The position numbers and the translations under genes were made by a program. This document shows, in pieces, positions 10,757 to 18,537 of a DNA stretch of 64,000 nucleotides; the first letter of the stretch is position 1; each line of letters begins with the position of its first letter. Location: assembly GCA_016235045.1 (NCBI GenBank), contig JACRME010000015.1, forward strand, positions 3,296 through 67,295, written 5' to 3'. The DNA comes from Nitrosomonadales bacterium. Its GTDB lineage: Bacteria; Pseudomonadota; Gammaproteobacteria; Burkholderiales; Gallionellaceae. A model generated the notes under the pieces. It did not search any database and was not told the origin of the DNA. It saw only the letters and a list, made by a program, of their open reading frames with translations.

Positions 10757-10772
10757 CGCAATAAGCGGGCCA
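10757..10772 (-). promoter_or_regulatory. sigma54-like promoter for the SIR2-like/hemerythrin unit
   Basis: Minus strand TGGCCCGCTTATTGCG has correct GG/GC spacing; only an imperfect UAS (TGTCGCATTTCCTCCA) upstream. Confidence 0.65.
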
Positions 10773-10873
10773 GACGGCACATCCAGCATTGGCGCGGGTT
10801 ACGGACGGGCCGGGTTTGGAGGAAATGCGACAAAAGCGAAAACCCTGTCGCACAAGGGTGCGGGGGTAGGGCC

Positions 10874-10937
10874 TGGGAGCGCCGACGTCCTCGTCGGCAG
10901 TTTTTGAACTGTTGCCGACGGGTCGTCGGCGCTCCCA
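10874..10937. repeat. GGGAGCGCCGACG-family REP pair
   Basis: TGGGAGCGCCGACGTCCTCGTCGGC ... GCCGACGGGTCGTCGGCGCTCCCA. Confidence 0.85.
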
Positions 10938-11384
10938 TTATGCGGTGCTGCTTGCGGCCTTCCCGGCCAGTCTTAGCCCATCCCGGAAATTCATGCCCAT
11001 CAGGGTCAGTTGCACCGTTCCGACAATGAGCTCCACAGCCTGTACGGAGTAGAACAATGCATCGAACTCCCCCGCAACTGCCTTGCCGTTAAGAAAGATT
11101 GCCGCCGGAATCATCACCAGCAAACCATTGGCGCCGATGACCGCCATGCGTTTCTTCTTTAGCTCGAGCAAGTCGCCGCTGCGCATCCTGGACAGCATGA
11201 AGCCGGAGCCGCCGGTGGCGGCCATGCACGGCACCAGCAGGAACAGGCCGAAAACGATTGCGTGCTTGACTGCGGCCACGGCCGCATCGTCCAGGAATAT
11301 TTCCGAGACCAGCGTCGATACCCAGAAGAGGGCAATGATCAGCATGGCGGTTGCGCCGGCGGCGGCATGGATAACGGGTTTCAT
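10938..11384 (-). CDS. Conserved 4-TM membrane protein
   Basis: Hydrophobic helices; start overlaps the MarR stop (ATGA); AGGAG RBS. Confidence 0.75.
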   Translation of the reverse strand: MKPVIHAAAGATAMLIIALFWVSTLVSEIFLDDAAVAAVKHAIVFGLFLLVPCMAATGGSGFMLSRMRSGDLLELKKKRMAVIGANGLLVMIPAAIFLNGKAVAGEFDALFYSVQAVELIVGTVQLTLMGMNFRDGLRLAGKAASSTA

Positions 11385-11857
11385 GTTTTCGCTCCTTTGG
11401 TTGGAACAGGCGAATCAAGCTGTTCGTATATGCCGTTCAGTGTCTGCAGCGTGCTCTTGAGGTCTTGCAGGGGAAGTTGGGCAGCAAGGGCGTTGGCCCA
11501 GGCATTCTGCAGAGACATCGTCGCGGAGATGGTCTGGTCGCCCTGCGCGGTCAATGCGTAAAGCGGAGAGCGTTCGTGGCGCGGGTTCTGGAGCATTTCC
11601 AGGAAGCCTTCTTCTTCCAGCTTGTTGAGTTGTTTCTGGGCTCCCTGGCGGGTGATGCCCATTGCTTCGGCCACCTGCGGCGCAGAGAGCGCCTTGCCGG
11701 CGAGCGCCACAGCTCCCAGCACTTGCCAGCGGGAGCTGGTGAGGTTGAGGGGGGCAACCAAGAGGTCGCCTTTCTCGAGCAGGCGGCCGTTCACGCGAAA
11801 GACCGCAAGCATGATGTCGGTCAGCACGGACGCCTTGGTGATGGGGTTGGTTGCCAC
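11381..11857 (-). CDS. MarR family transcriptional regulator
   Basis: LTSSRWQVLGAV...APQVAEAMGITRQGAQKQLNKLEEEG...NPRHERS winged HTH. Confidence 0.88.
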   Translation of the reverse strand: MATNPITKASVLTDIMLAVFRVNGRLLEKGDLLVAPLNLTSSRWQVLGAVALAGKALSAPQVAEAMGITRQGAQKQLNKLEEEGFLEMLQNPRHERSPLYALTAQGDQTISATMSLQNAWANALAAQLPLQDLKSTLQTLNGIYEQLDSPVPTKGAKT

Positions 11858-11921
11858 GATGGATTCCCTGATGTTGGCTGTTGGGTACTACAAACCGGGC
11901 GGGGGTTGTAGTGCTATATGG

Positions 11922-11951
11922 CAACCAGTTTCCGCTAGTGGAAACTGGTTG
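11922..11951. promoter_or_regulatory. Palindromic candidate MarR operator
   Basis: CAACCAGTTTCC-N6-GGAAACTGGTTG, perfect 12-bp inverted repeat upstream of the MarR gene. Confidence 0.45.
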
Positions 11952-12037
11952 TCAATATGTGTTGTGCGCAGACAGCAGCATCGGCCAGCCAAGGGATCGT
12001 AGATAGGGCAAAACGCCACAACTGGCGCGCCCATTTG

Positions 12038-12802
12038 CTAAAGCTCGAACACGTGCCTGCGCTGCAACACCTGCGGTTTGAATTTTCCCGCTGCTTCGAG
12101 CACTTCCTGCAGGGTTGCATCTTCGTACCCGGCTTCCATGTGCACGATATACAAGTCCATCGGACGTTCCAGCAGGCGCAATCCCCGGGCCAGCAGTTCC
12201 GCCGTGGTGTGGCCGGAGCGCTCCGCCCCTGCGGCGTTGTCGTTGCGGAACGTGGTCTCGACCAACAGGTACTTCAGATTGTCGATGCGGTTCAGTGTCC
12301 GCCAGAAATCCTCGCAGAACGTAGTGTCGCCGCTGTACACCCAACTGGCCCGCCCGCTGTCCACCCGGTAGGCCACACAGGGCACGGAATGGCGCGCAGG
12401 CAGTGCCGTGATGCGCCTGCCGCCCAACTCCACGGTCTCGCCAAGGCGTATCGGTCGGAAACGGAGGAACGGGCGCTCGGGCGTGGGCTGCACCGTGTAA
12501 TCCGGCCACAGCCTGTTGTTGAGCATGTGTTCCTTGAGCGTGGCGATGGTCTCCGGCAGCGCATATACGGTTAGCGGCGATTCGCGGAAACTGCCGACGG
12601 CATCGGCCAGCAGGGGCAGGAAGGCGCAGTGATCGAGGTGCGAGTGGGTGAGGAAAACGGTGTCGATCGCAATGGATTGCGCCAGGCTCAACTCGCCCGC
12701 GCCGGAGCCGGCATCGACCAGGATGTCATGATCCACCTGGTAACAGGTGGTGCGCAGATTGCTGGTGATGCTGCCGTTACAACCGAGGGTGGTGATGCGC
12801 AT
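12038..12802 (-). CDS. MBL-fold hydrolase, class II cyclic nucleotide phosphodiesterase-like
   Basis: MRITTLGCNGSI, LVDAG, THSHLDH, HSVP, YSGDT, GH. Confidence 0.82.
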   Translation of the reverse strand: MRITTLGCNGSITSNLRTTCYQVDHDILVDAGSGAGELSLAQSIAIDTVFLTHSHLDHCAFLPLLADAVGSFRESPLTVYALPETIATLKEHMLNNRLWPDYTVQPTPERPFLRFRPIRLGETVELGGRRITALPARHSVPCVAYRVDSGRASWVYSGDTTFCEDFWRTLNRIDNLKYLLVETTFRNDNAAGAERSGHTTAELLARGLRLLERPMDLYIVHMEAGYEDATLQEVLEAAGKFKPQVLQRRHVFEL

Positions 12803-12863
12803 GGTGTCCTCCCTGTCTGTTGACTGGTGGGTGGCGGCGGTCATTTCTTGCCTCAATCGCGGA

Positions 12864-13343
12864 TCAGGGGCGGCGAAAATGCACGACAAACCCTCCCAGC
12901 CAGACGACGAGGCCGACCAGGAAAGCAGCCATGCCACTGAAGAGCAGGGGCTCGGGAAGCAGCGGCGGGTTTTGTTCGTTCGCCTTGACTACCAGCCAAT
13001 GGACGAAGCAAATAAACACGGCGAGGAAGAAACTGAAGCGGCTGCTGTGCTTGCGAAGATAGGCGAGGGTGTCGGCCTGACGTTCCGGTGCCAGCCAGTA
13101 CTCGCGGTTGGGAAGATTGATGAAACGTGCAGGCAGCATACTGCCGATGCTCGTGAGCAGGGAGATCAGGAGCGGCAAGGCCACCAGCAATGCGACAGTG
13201 AGGTGCATATAGGTGTCGCGCGGCACAAAGCCGTTGGCCGCGCCGCCTGCGATGAAGTGCGAAGCGACCACCGGCGGCAACGAACGGCCGGTAACGAGGA
13301 CGAAGGCGACGGCGAACACCAGAGTCAGTAGCAGCGGGCGCAT
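12864..13343 (-). CDS. DUF1648-like membrane protein
   Basis: LPPVVASHF..GGAANG and INLPNREYW motifs with TM helices. Confidence 0.72.
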   Translation of the reverse strand: MRPLLLTLVFAVAFVLVTGRSLPPVVASHFIAGGAANGFVPRDTYMHLTVALLVALPLLISLLTSIGSMLPARFINLPNREYWLAPERQADTLAYLRKHSSRFSFFLAVFICFVHWLVVKANEQNPPLLPEPLLFSGMAAFLVGLVVWLGGFVVHFRRP

Positions 13344-13412
13344 GGTCTGAAATTCCTTGGCATCAAAGCCGCCGGCGACCCGGCGGGCGCATCATCATGG
13401 TTGAAGGAGGCC

Positions 13413-13823
13413 TCATTTTGCGTCAAAGCCGATCTCGATGCCATACGTCAGCCTGGCCAGAGTACGCGGCGCTTTCTCGCCTTCGGCGAGCTCGCAACTG
13501 ACGACAACTTTATCGTTGCTTAGCCACGCGTAGGACACAGGCGTCTTGCAGTAGCCGGCGAAGAAGACGTAGCCATCATCCGGCTGCGCAAGCGTTTTTC
13601 CGAAGGACAGGGAAAGCGTCGTTCCATAAGGTGCGTGCCCCACCCCATCCTGATTGGATCTGAACTCGTGGATTGTTTTTTTTCCATCCGGGGATGGCAG
13701 CTGCGATCCTTTCGAGTAATTCAGGTTGTCCATCACAAAGCCCAGTGCCTGCAGCAGGATAAACAGTCCAATGACGAACCAAGGCAGCCTTGATGCGATC
13801 ATGGATGGGGAAATGCGCGACAT
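13413..13823 (-). CDS. Hypothetical membrane-anchored protein
   Basis: 136-aa ORF with an N-terminal hydrophobic helix. Confidence 0.6.
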   Translation of the reverse strand: MSRISPSMIASRLPWFVIGLFILLQALGFVMDNLNYSKGSQLPSPDGKKTIHEFRSNQDGVGHAPYGTTLSLSFGKTLAQPDDGYVFFAGYCKTPVSYAWLSNDKVVVSCELAEGEKAPRTLARLTYGIEIGFDAK

Positions 13824-13846
13824 GTGGTTTTGAGCCTTATAGAGGT

Positions 13847-13875
13847 TAGAAAGCCCAGCGATGCTGGGCTTTCTA
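13847..13875. terminator. Probable bidirectional intrinsic terminator
   Basis: TAGAAAGCCCAGC-GAT-GCTGGGCTTTCTA, downstream of the kinase-HD gene. Confidence 0.65.
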
Positions 13876-14023
13876 TTGTGAGAGGTATTTCGATGCTGAC
13901 CATATCACCGGACGTATTGCGATGCCCATATCGCTTCATGGTGCTTCATTTCTAGACCTGACCCATGTTCCACGAACACGGCCCCTTTAATGCCCCTTTA
14001 ATGCCCTCAGGGTACGTCCCCTA

Positions 14024-16366
14024 CTATTCGTCAAAATCAATTTTACCCCTGCCATCAAACATTTCTTCGGCAGACAAAATTATGCTTGGTATAAATGGCG
14101 CAGCTCTATTATGAATTTCAGGCCTAAGATAAACTCTAACTGGTGCGATATGTGCGGTAGGGAGAGTGAATATTGATTCAGCGAGATGCGAAACATCGGT
14201 AATCTGAACTTCGGTTCGTTCATCACCACGCAACACCTTAACCATTCTATTCGAGGGTTTGCCCCATGGCACATCAATTAATACGTCATTGGAAGAAACC
14301 TCAATATTTTTTTGCTGTAGTGCATTAATATATGCACCGCGTAAACGCCTAACCTGATCCCAATCAATAGGCATTGAATTACCATTCCCGTACGCAATCG
14401 ATGAGAGATTTTGCTTTACTATTCTTGAATAGATATTCTCGACTGACCGCTGCGTTGCATGTGTCGCATCAACCCAAGCATATCGCTTTATTGGAATATA
14501 TATTTCCTTGAAGTTGTAGTCCTTGTGCAAATTAACTAAACGTAGCGCATCCACACGATGTTTCTTTAATGCATCAGCCCTTGGCAGTAGAATGCGCTGC
14601 ATGGCGTCGTACTCACTGGAACAGTTCTTAAGCTGACCAACAATATTTCGCAAAATTGACAAATCACGACCAACAACAATATCTAAAAACCTGTGAAACA
14701 TAGCAAATAAGGCGCGAGTAGTTTCGTGCCAATATACTGAGGCCAGCATCTGGTCCTGGGCAAGAACCATACCCTCCACTGGTGCCACCCCATCTTCATG
14801 TATGACAAGGCGGCCAGTGGTAGGCGAACAGCGAAAGCTATTGAATATTTGCTCAACATTCAACCCATTGCCATAAGGGACGCCGCAGTGGTGAGCATCT
14901 CTGCGCAAATAGTCGATTTTGTCACAATCAATTGGCCCATCGAGAATATCTGACAAGAGTCCTGAACCGCCCTGCAAGTTTTTGTGTACTTCATCATTGC
15001 CATCTTCGCCCCAGTGATTCTCAATTGCTGACTTAAGGTCATTATCATTCTTTATTAGATGCAAAGAATGCTCAAAATGATGTATGTCAGATTTCAATTC
15101 TTTATCTTCAGGATACCTAGCCGCAACGTAGTGCTCTATGACATGCGCGAATGGATAATGCCCAACATCATGAAGAAGAGCCGCCAGTAATAGACCATCT
15201 ACATTTCGCTGATTGTGGTTTACCTTGAAGACTGGGTCGCGAATCAAGTGTTGCAGTGCTGAATATGCTGCACCATAAACGCCGATTGAATGCTCAAATC
15301 TAGTATGTGTACCACCGGGGAAAAACCACTCACAAAATGAAAGTTGTTTAATACCCCTTAGCCTTTGAAAACACTTGGTGTTAATGATATCCAGGATTGG
15401 TTCACCAACAGATATGCGCCCAGTAGCAGGCATAGGAATATATGATCTGTTACCGTCCCCCCCTAGCAATAGTCGCTCAGTTCTTGTGAGCAGCAAATTT
15501 GGGTCTATAACTTGCTCAAAGCGCTCACGAACAACACGCCAGTTATTTAGCTTTCCATAGTGCAGGTTAGCCGCAAAGTCCATGTAAGCTAACCGTTGTT
15601 CAGTATTTGCTTTACCAAAAAAAACATTTTTCATTAGGGCTAGCAGCCTGCCTAAAGCCCTAAAGTCGTTTTCTTGAAAGACCTGATTGTGTAATTGCCG
15701 ATCAACAGAATATCTGAAACCAGGTATATCAAATATATCCTTGTGACCAAGATGACCACGGTCATCTGTTGTTGGTGCCTCAGCAGACTCACGATGACCG
15801 GAACCGTAATCAATAATCATTATCCCGTCGGCGAGAATTCTGGGGCCGATTAGAATATTTTCTTCATGCAAATCGCAATGAGTTCTTCCCTCCCCATGCA
15901 AGTATTCCAATGCATCAATTAGTGATGTAACCACAAATGTTGCTTCACTTAACTCAATCATTTCCCCCGACGAACGAAATTGCGCCCAAGTTTGGCCTGG
16001 GTGAAATGTACAAACATAGTAGGGTAAGGGCGCGTTGGTATCCTCCTCATAGACTCTTGGGAGACACCTATGATTTAGTGGCTTCAATATTTCAACTTCT
16101 TTTTTGAGCGTTTCCCGAACGCGCTCACGATCACGATCAGCCACAGATTCCTTGACTGTTTTCAAGCAATATATACCTCGCTCACCACGCCAACGAATTT
16201 GAAAAGTTTGGCCAGTTTTTCCGCTAAGGTGTTCCTTATGAAAGTCATATCGAGAAAGAAGCTTCATTCCGATACTATCAATATAAGAAGGAAATGCTGC
16301 GGAGTCTGCACCTGCCAACAAGTTTCCGGTTTTACCTTGTTTTTTCATATCGACCACCAAAACCAT
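14024..16366 (-). CDS. Ser/Thr protein kinase-like domain fused to SAMHD1-like HD dNTP triphosphohydrolase
   Basis: Kinase: GKTGQTF, CLKTVK, EVEILKPLNH, HCDLHEENILI, IIDYG. HD: FQRLRGIKQL, HTRFEHSIG, ALLHDVGHYPFAH, DCDKIDYLRRD, VYWH. Start may be 16348. AT-rich. Confidence 0.88.
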   Translation of the reverse strand: MVLVVDMKKQGKTGNLLAGADSAAFPSYIDSIGMKLLSRYDFHKEHLSGKTGQTFQIRWRGERGIYCLKTVKESVADRDRERVRETLKKEVEILKPLNHRCLPRVYEEDTNAPLPYYVCTFHPGQTWAQFRSSGEMIELSEATFVVTSLIDALEYLHGEGRTHCDLHEENILIGPRILADGIMIIDYGSGHRESAEAPTTDDRGHLGHKDIFDIPGFRYSVDRQLHNQVFQENDFRALGRLLALMKNVFFGKANTEQRLAYMDFAANLHYGKLNNWRVVRERFEQVIDPNLLLTRTERLLLGGDGNRSYIPMPATGRISVGEPILDIINTKCFQRLRGIKQLSFCEWFFPGGTHTRFEHSIGVYGAAYSALQHLIRDPVFKVNHNQRNVDGLLLAALLHDVGHYPFAHVIEHYVAARYPEDKELKSDIHHFEHSLHLIKNDNDLKSAIENHWGEDGNDEVHKNLQGGSGLLSDILDGPIDCDKIDYLRRDAHHCGVPYGNGLNVEQIFNSFRCSPTTGRLVIHEDGVAPVEGMVLAQDQMLASVYWHETTRALFAMFHRFLDIVVGRDLSILRNIVGQLKNCSSEYDAMQRILLPRADALKKHRVDALRLVNLHKDYNFKEIYIPIKRYAWVDATHATQRSVENIYSRIVKQNLSSIAYGNGNSMPIDWDQVRRLRGAYINALQQKNIEVSSNDVLIDVPWGKPSNRMVKVLRGDERTEVQITDVSHLAESIFTLPTAHIAPVRVYLRPEIHNRAAPFIPSIILSAEEMFDGRGKIDFDE

Positions 16367-16503
16367 ACATCACGTGTCATGCAATTAAGCTTCTTTGAAA
16401 AAACACCCCGCTGTGCACGTGCACACACCAACCGCGCAGCATGACTGTGCGGCACAGTCTTTCTGTGGTGGTGTACCACACGACAATATCTGCCCACACT
16501 CAC

Positions 16504-17253
16504 TTATCTGCAATCCAATGTAGGCATTTCATCCCAAGTCTTCCCATCAAAGATTCGGCCATTGTTTCTTTTCGGTCGTTTCTTACCATCCGCACCCCAT
16601 CCGCCCCATTGCTTGAAGAAAAACGCTACACCATCTTTCTCACATTGCTCTTTTATTGTTTCCACCCACGCTGCTTTCATTGGCCTAGCCTTGGGGCCGG
16701 ATTCGCCACCTACGATCACCCAGTGTATGCCGCGCAAATCCATTACGCCAACATCATCCAGCAATGGTTCGACTGATAAGAATCGAATACCCGCATTAAT
16801 TTCCCGCAAGTCATCAATTCGCTGAAGACCATATTGTCTATTCTCCACAGATACGCCTAGCCAGACATTGTCAGGCACTAGACGCCCTCGCGTCGAAAAA
16901 TACTTGCGCATCCTTGCTGACCGTTTGGTCAATATCTGATACGTGTGTTGTGGTGTGCGTTTGATCACATCAAATACCTGATCGAGAAACTCAAAAGGTA
17001 TGTCGTTATGAAATAGATCGCTCATTGAGTTAACAAAGTACGTCGTCTTTTTACGCCGCATCAGCGGTTGCTCAAGACGCTCGGGCAGGATGCTGAGATT
17101 GAAGCCGTTCTCGTACCCCCTCGCACCCATTGCCTTAAGCCGCTTCGCCATGACCTCTGCGTAGCAATGTTTGCAGCCGGGCGATATCTTTGTGCATCCC
17201 GTTGTCGGGTTCCACGTTTGCTCTGTCCATTCTATTGTTGTTGTGCTTGTCAT
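16504..17253 (-). CDS. DUF5131 (phage Gp37/Gp68-like) radical-SAM-related protein
   Basis: TIEWTEQTWNPTTGCTKISPGCKHCYA, FVNSMSDLFH, QILTKR, WVIVGGESG, FFFKQWGG; AGGAGG RBS. Confidence 0.93.
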   Translation of the reverse strand: MTSTTTIEWTEQTWNPTTGCTKISPGCKHCYAEVMAKRLKAMGARGYENGFNLSILPERLEQPLMRRKKTTYFVNSMSDLFHNDIPFEFLDQVFDVIKRTPQHTYQILTKRSARMRKYFSTRGRLVPDNVWLGVSVENRQYGLQRIDDLREINAGIRFLSVEPLLDDVGVMDLRGIHWVIVGGESGPKARPMKAAWVETIKEQCEKDGVAFFFKQWGGWGADGKKRPKRNNGRIFDGKTWDEMPTLDCR

Positions 17254-17322
17254 ATGTACCTCCTTAGCTCGCAACTAATTCTAAAGCATTTCGACCTTGG
17301 TCTCTTCGCACGCAGGCATCAA

Positions 17323-18144
17323 TCAAAACAAATCACCTTGTCCCTCTGGGTTTGCGGCTGTTTTCCAGAACTTATGTGCCAATTCATGGCGTGCGGCAAG
17401 CAATAGCCAGTAAAGCGGCTGATTCTTCTCACCTGTGATGAGCCGCTGATCAATTGACGGCCATACACCAAGACTCGTTACTTTCTCACGCCAATACTCA
17501 ACCACACGCATGCGGATTTCTTGCTGTGCACCAGTCGTTGCCACGCGTGCGCGCCAACCAGGAGCAAAAGCATCAAAGGCTGAATCATCGGCGGCCAGAT
17601 TTACTGATAAATTGCGGTTCAAATCCATAGCGCTGAGGTGTATCAGTAGGTCAATTCGTTTGAGCGCGGCAAGAGTGCTGATCACTTTGAAGTCCAATGC
17701 CTCTAAGCTGTAAGGATCGACGAAAGCGAAATGAAGCGCATAACCACTGACCGCTGATACCATTTTATCGACAGCATCCGCTGCACAAGCGTGGATTGGA
17801 TGTACAGGTGCATTGAGCTTGCGTAGCCTCTCAGCACATGCATTTAGCTTTATCTCGTCGTTGTCGGAAATGTAGATATCTGTAAACGGAGCTCCGCCTT
17901 CAAGACTGGTTTTCCATGCGCCAACAACACCGCCATCAATCCACTCATTAGTACCTCTGATACGTGAACGTCCGGTTCCGCAAAATAAATCGAAATAAAC
18001 AGCGCCACCCTTTCGCTCACCGATATATTTCTTTCGCGTGCCGCGTGAGATATCTAGATATCGCTTGAGATAGGAGTGCTTCTCTTTTGCCCATGCGCCT
18101 ACTTCATCAGCAGGCAGACCATCATCGCCGTCAATTAGCGCCAC
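17323..18144 (-). CDS. tcmP: Three-Cys-motif partner protein (TcmP-like, methyltransferase fold)
   Basis: VGAWAKEKH..L..YL, YFDLFCGTG, FAFVDPY, YWLLLAARH; adjacent to DUF5131. GTG start with GAGGA RBS. Confidence 0.85.
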   Translation of the reverse strand: MALIDGDDGLPADEVGAWAKEKHSYLKRYLDISRGTRKKYIGERKGGAVYFDLFCGTGRSRIRGTNEWIDGGVVGAWKTSLEGGAPFTDIYISDNDEIKLNACAERLRKLNAPVHPIHACAADAVDKMVSAVSGYALHFAFVDPYSLEALDFKVISTLAALKRIDLLIHLSAMDLNRNLSVNLAADDSAFDAFAPGWRARVATTGAQQEIRMRVVEYWREKVTSLGVWPSIDQRLITGEKNQPLYWLLLAARHELAHKFWKTAANPEGQGDLF

Positions 18145-18226
18145 AGCACTTCCTCTTAATGTGTGATATGACGAAGCGCGGGCGTACAAAGTGTGGCCAT
18201 ACAATCGGCCTGAGTGAAGAATGTTC

Positions 18227-18290
18227 GGTGAGTCTCGCAATCAAGTGCTTCCCCTTTGCTGAACAAGTGTGCCGCTGGCGATGCTTCCCG
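18227..18290. repeat. Direct repeat copy A (about 65 bp), upstream of tcmP
   Basis: GGTGAGTCTCGCAATCAAGTGCTTCCCCTTTGCTGAACAAGTGTGCCGCTGGCGATGCTTCCCG; near-identical to 20428-20492. Confidence 0.85.
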
Positions 18291-18469
18291 TCGGTGCGGG
18301 AATCTATCCTTGCGCCAGCTCCTATCCTGGGGAGTCCGCTGTGAGCCTTGCACCGTGCGTGCGGTGCGATGTGCGTGGGGCGGAGTTGCAAGTGGGATGA
18401 ACTGTAGGGGTATGGGGCGGGTTGTGTCAATTGTACTGAGGGGGCGAAGTTGTGAAGCAGCACAGAGTC

Positions 18470-18508
18470 TACCCCCACCCTAGCCCTCCCCCTGGGAGGG
18501 GGAGGGAA
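18470..18508. repeat. Single CCCTCCCC-family REP arm
   Basis: TACCCCCACCCTAGCCCTCCCCCTGGGAGGGGGAGGGA. Confidence 0.75.
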
Positions 18509-18537
18509 TGCTGGTCCATGTTTAGGACACAGTAAGA

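Noticed and set aside
13981..14007. GCCCCTTTAAT tandem duplication at the island edge as an att site
   Set aside because: No matching copy found at the other end of the AT-rich block and no integrase; noted only as a boundary scar.
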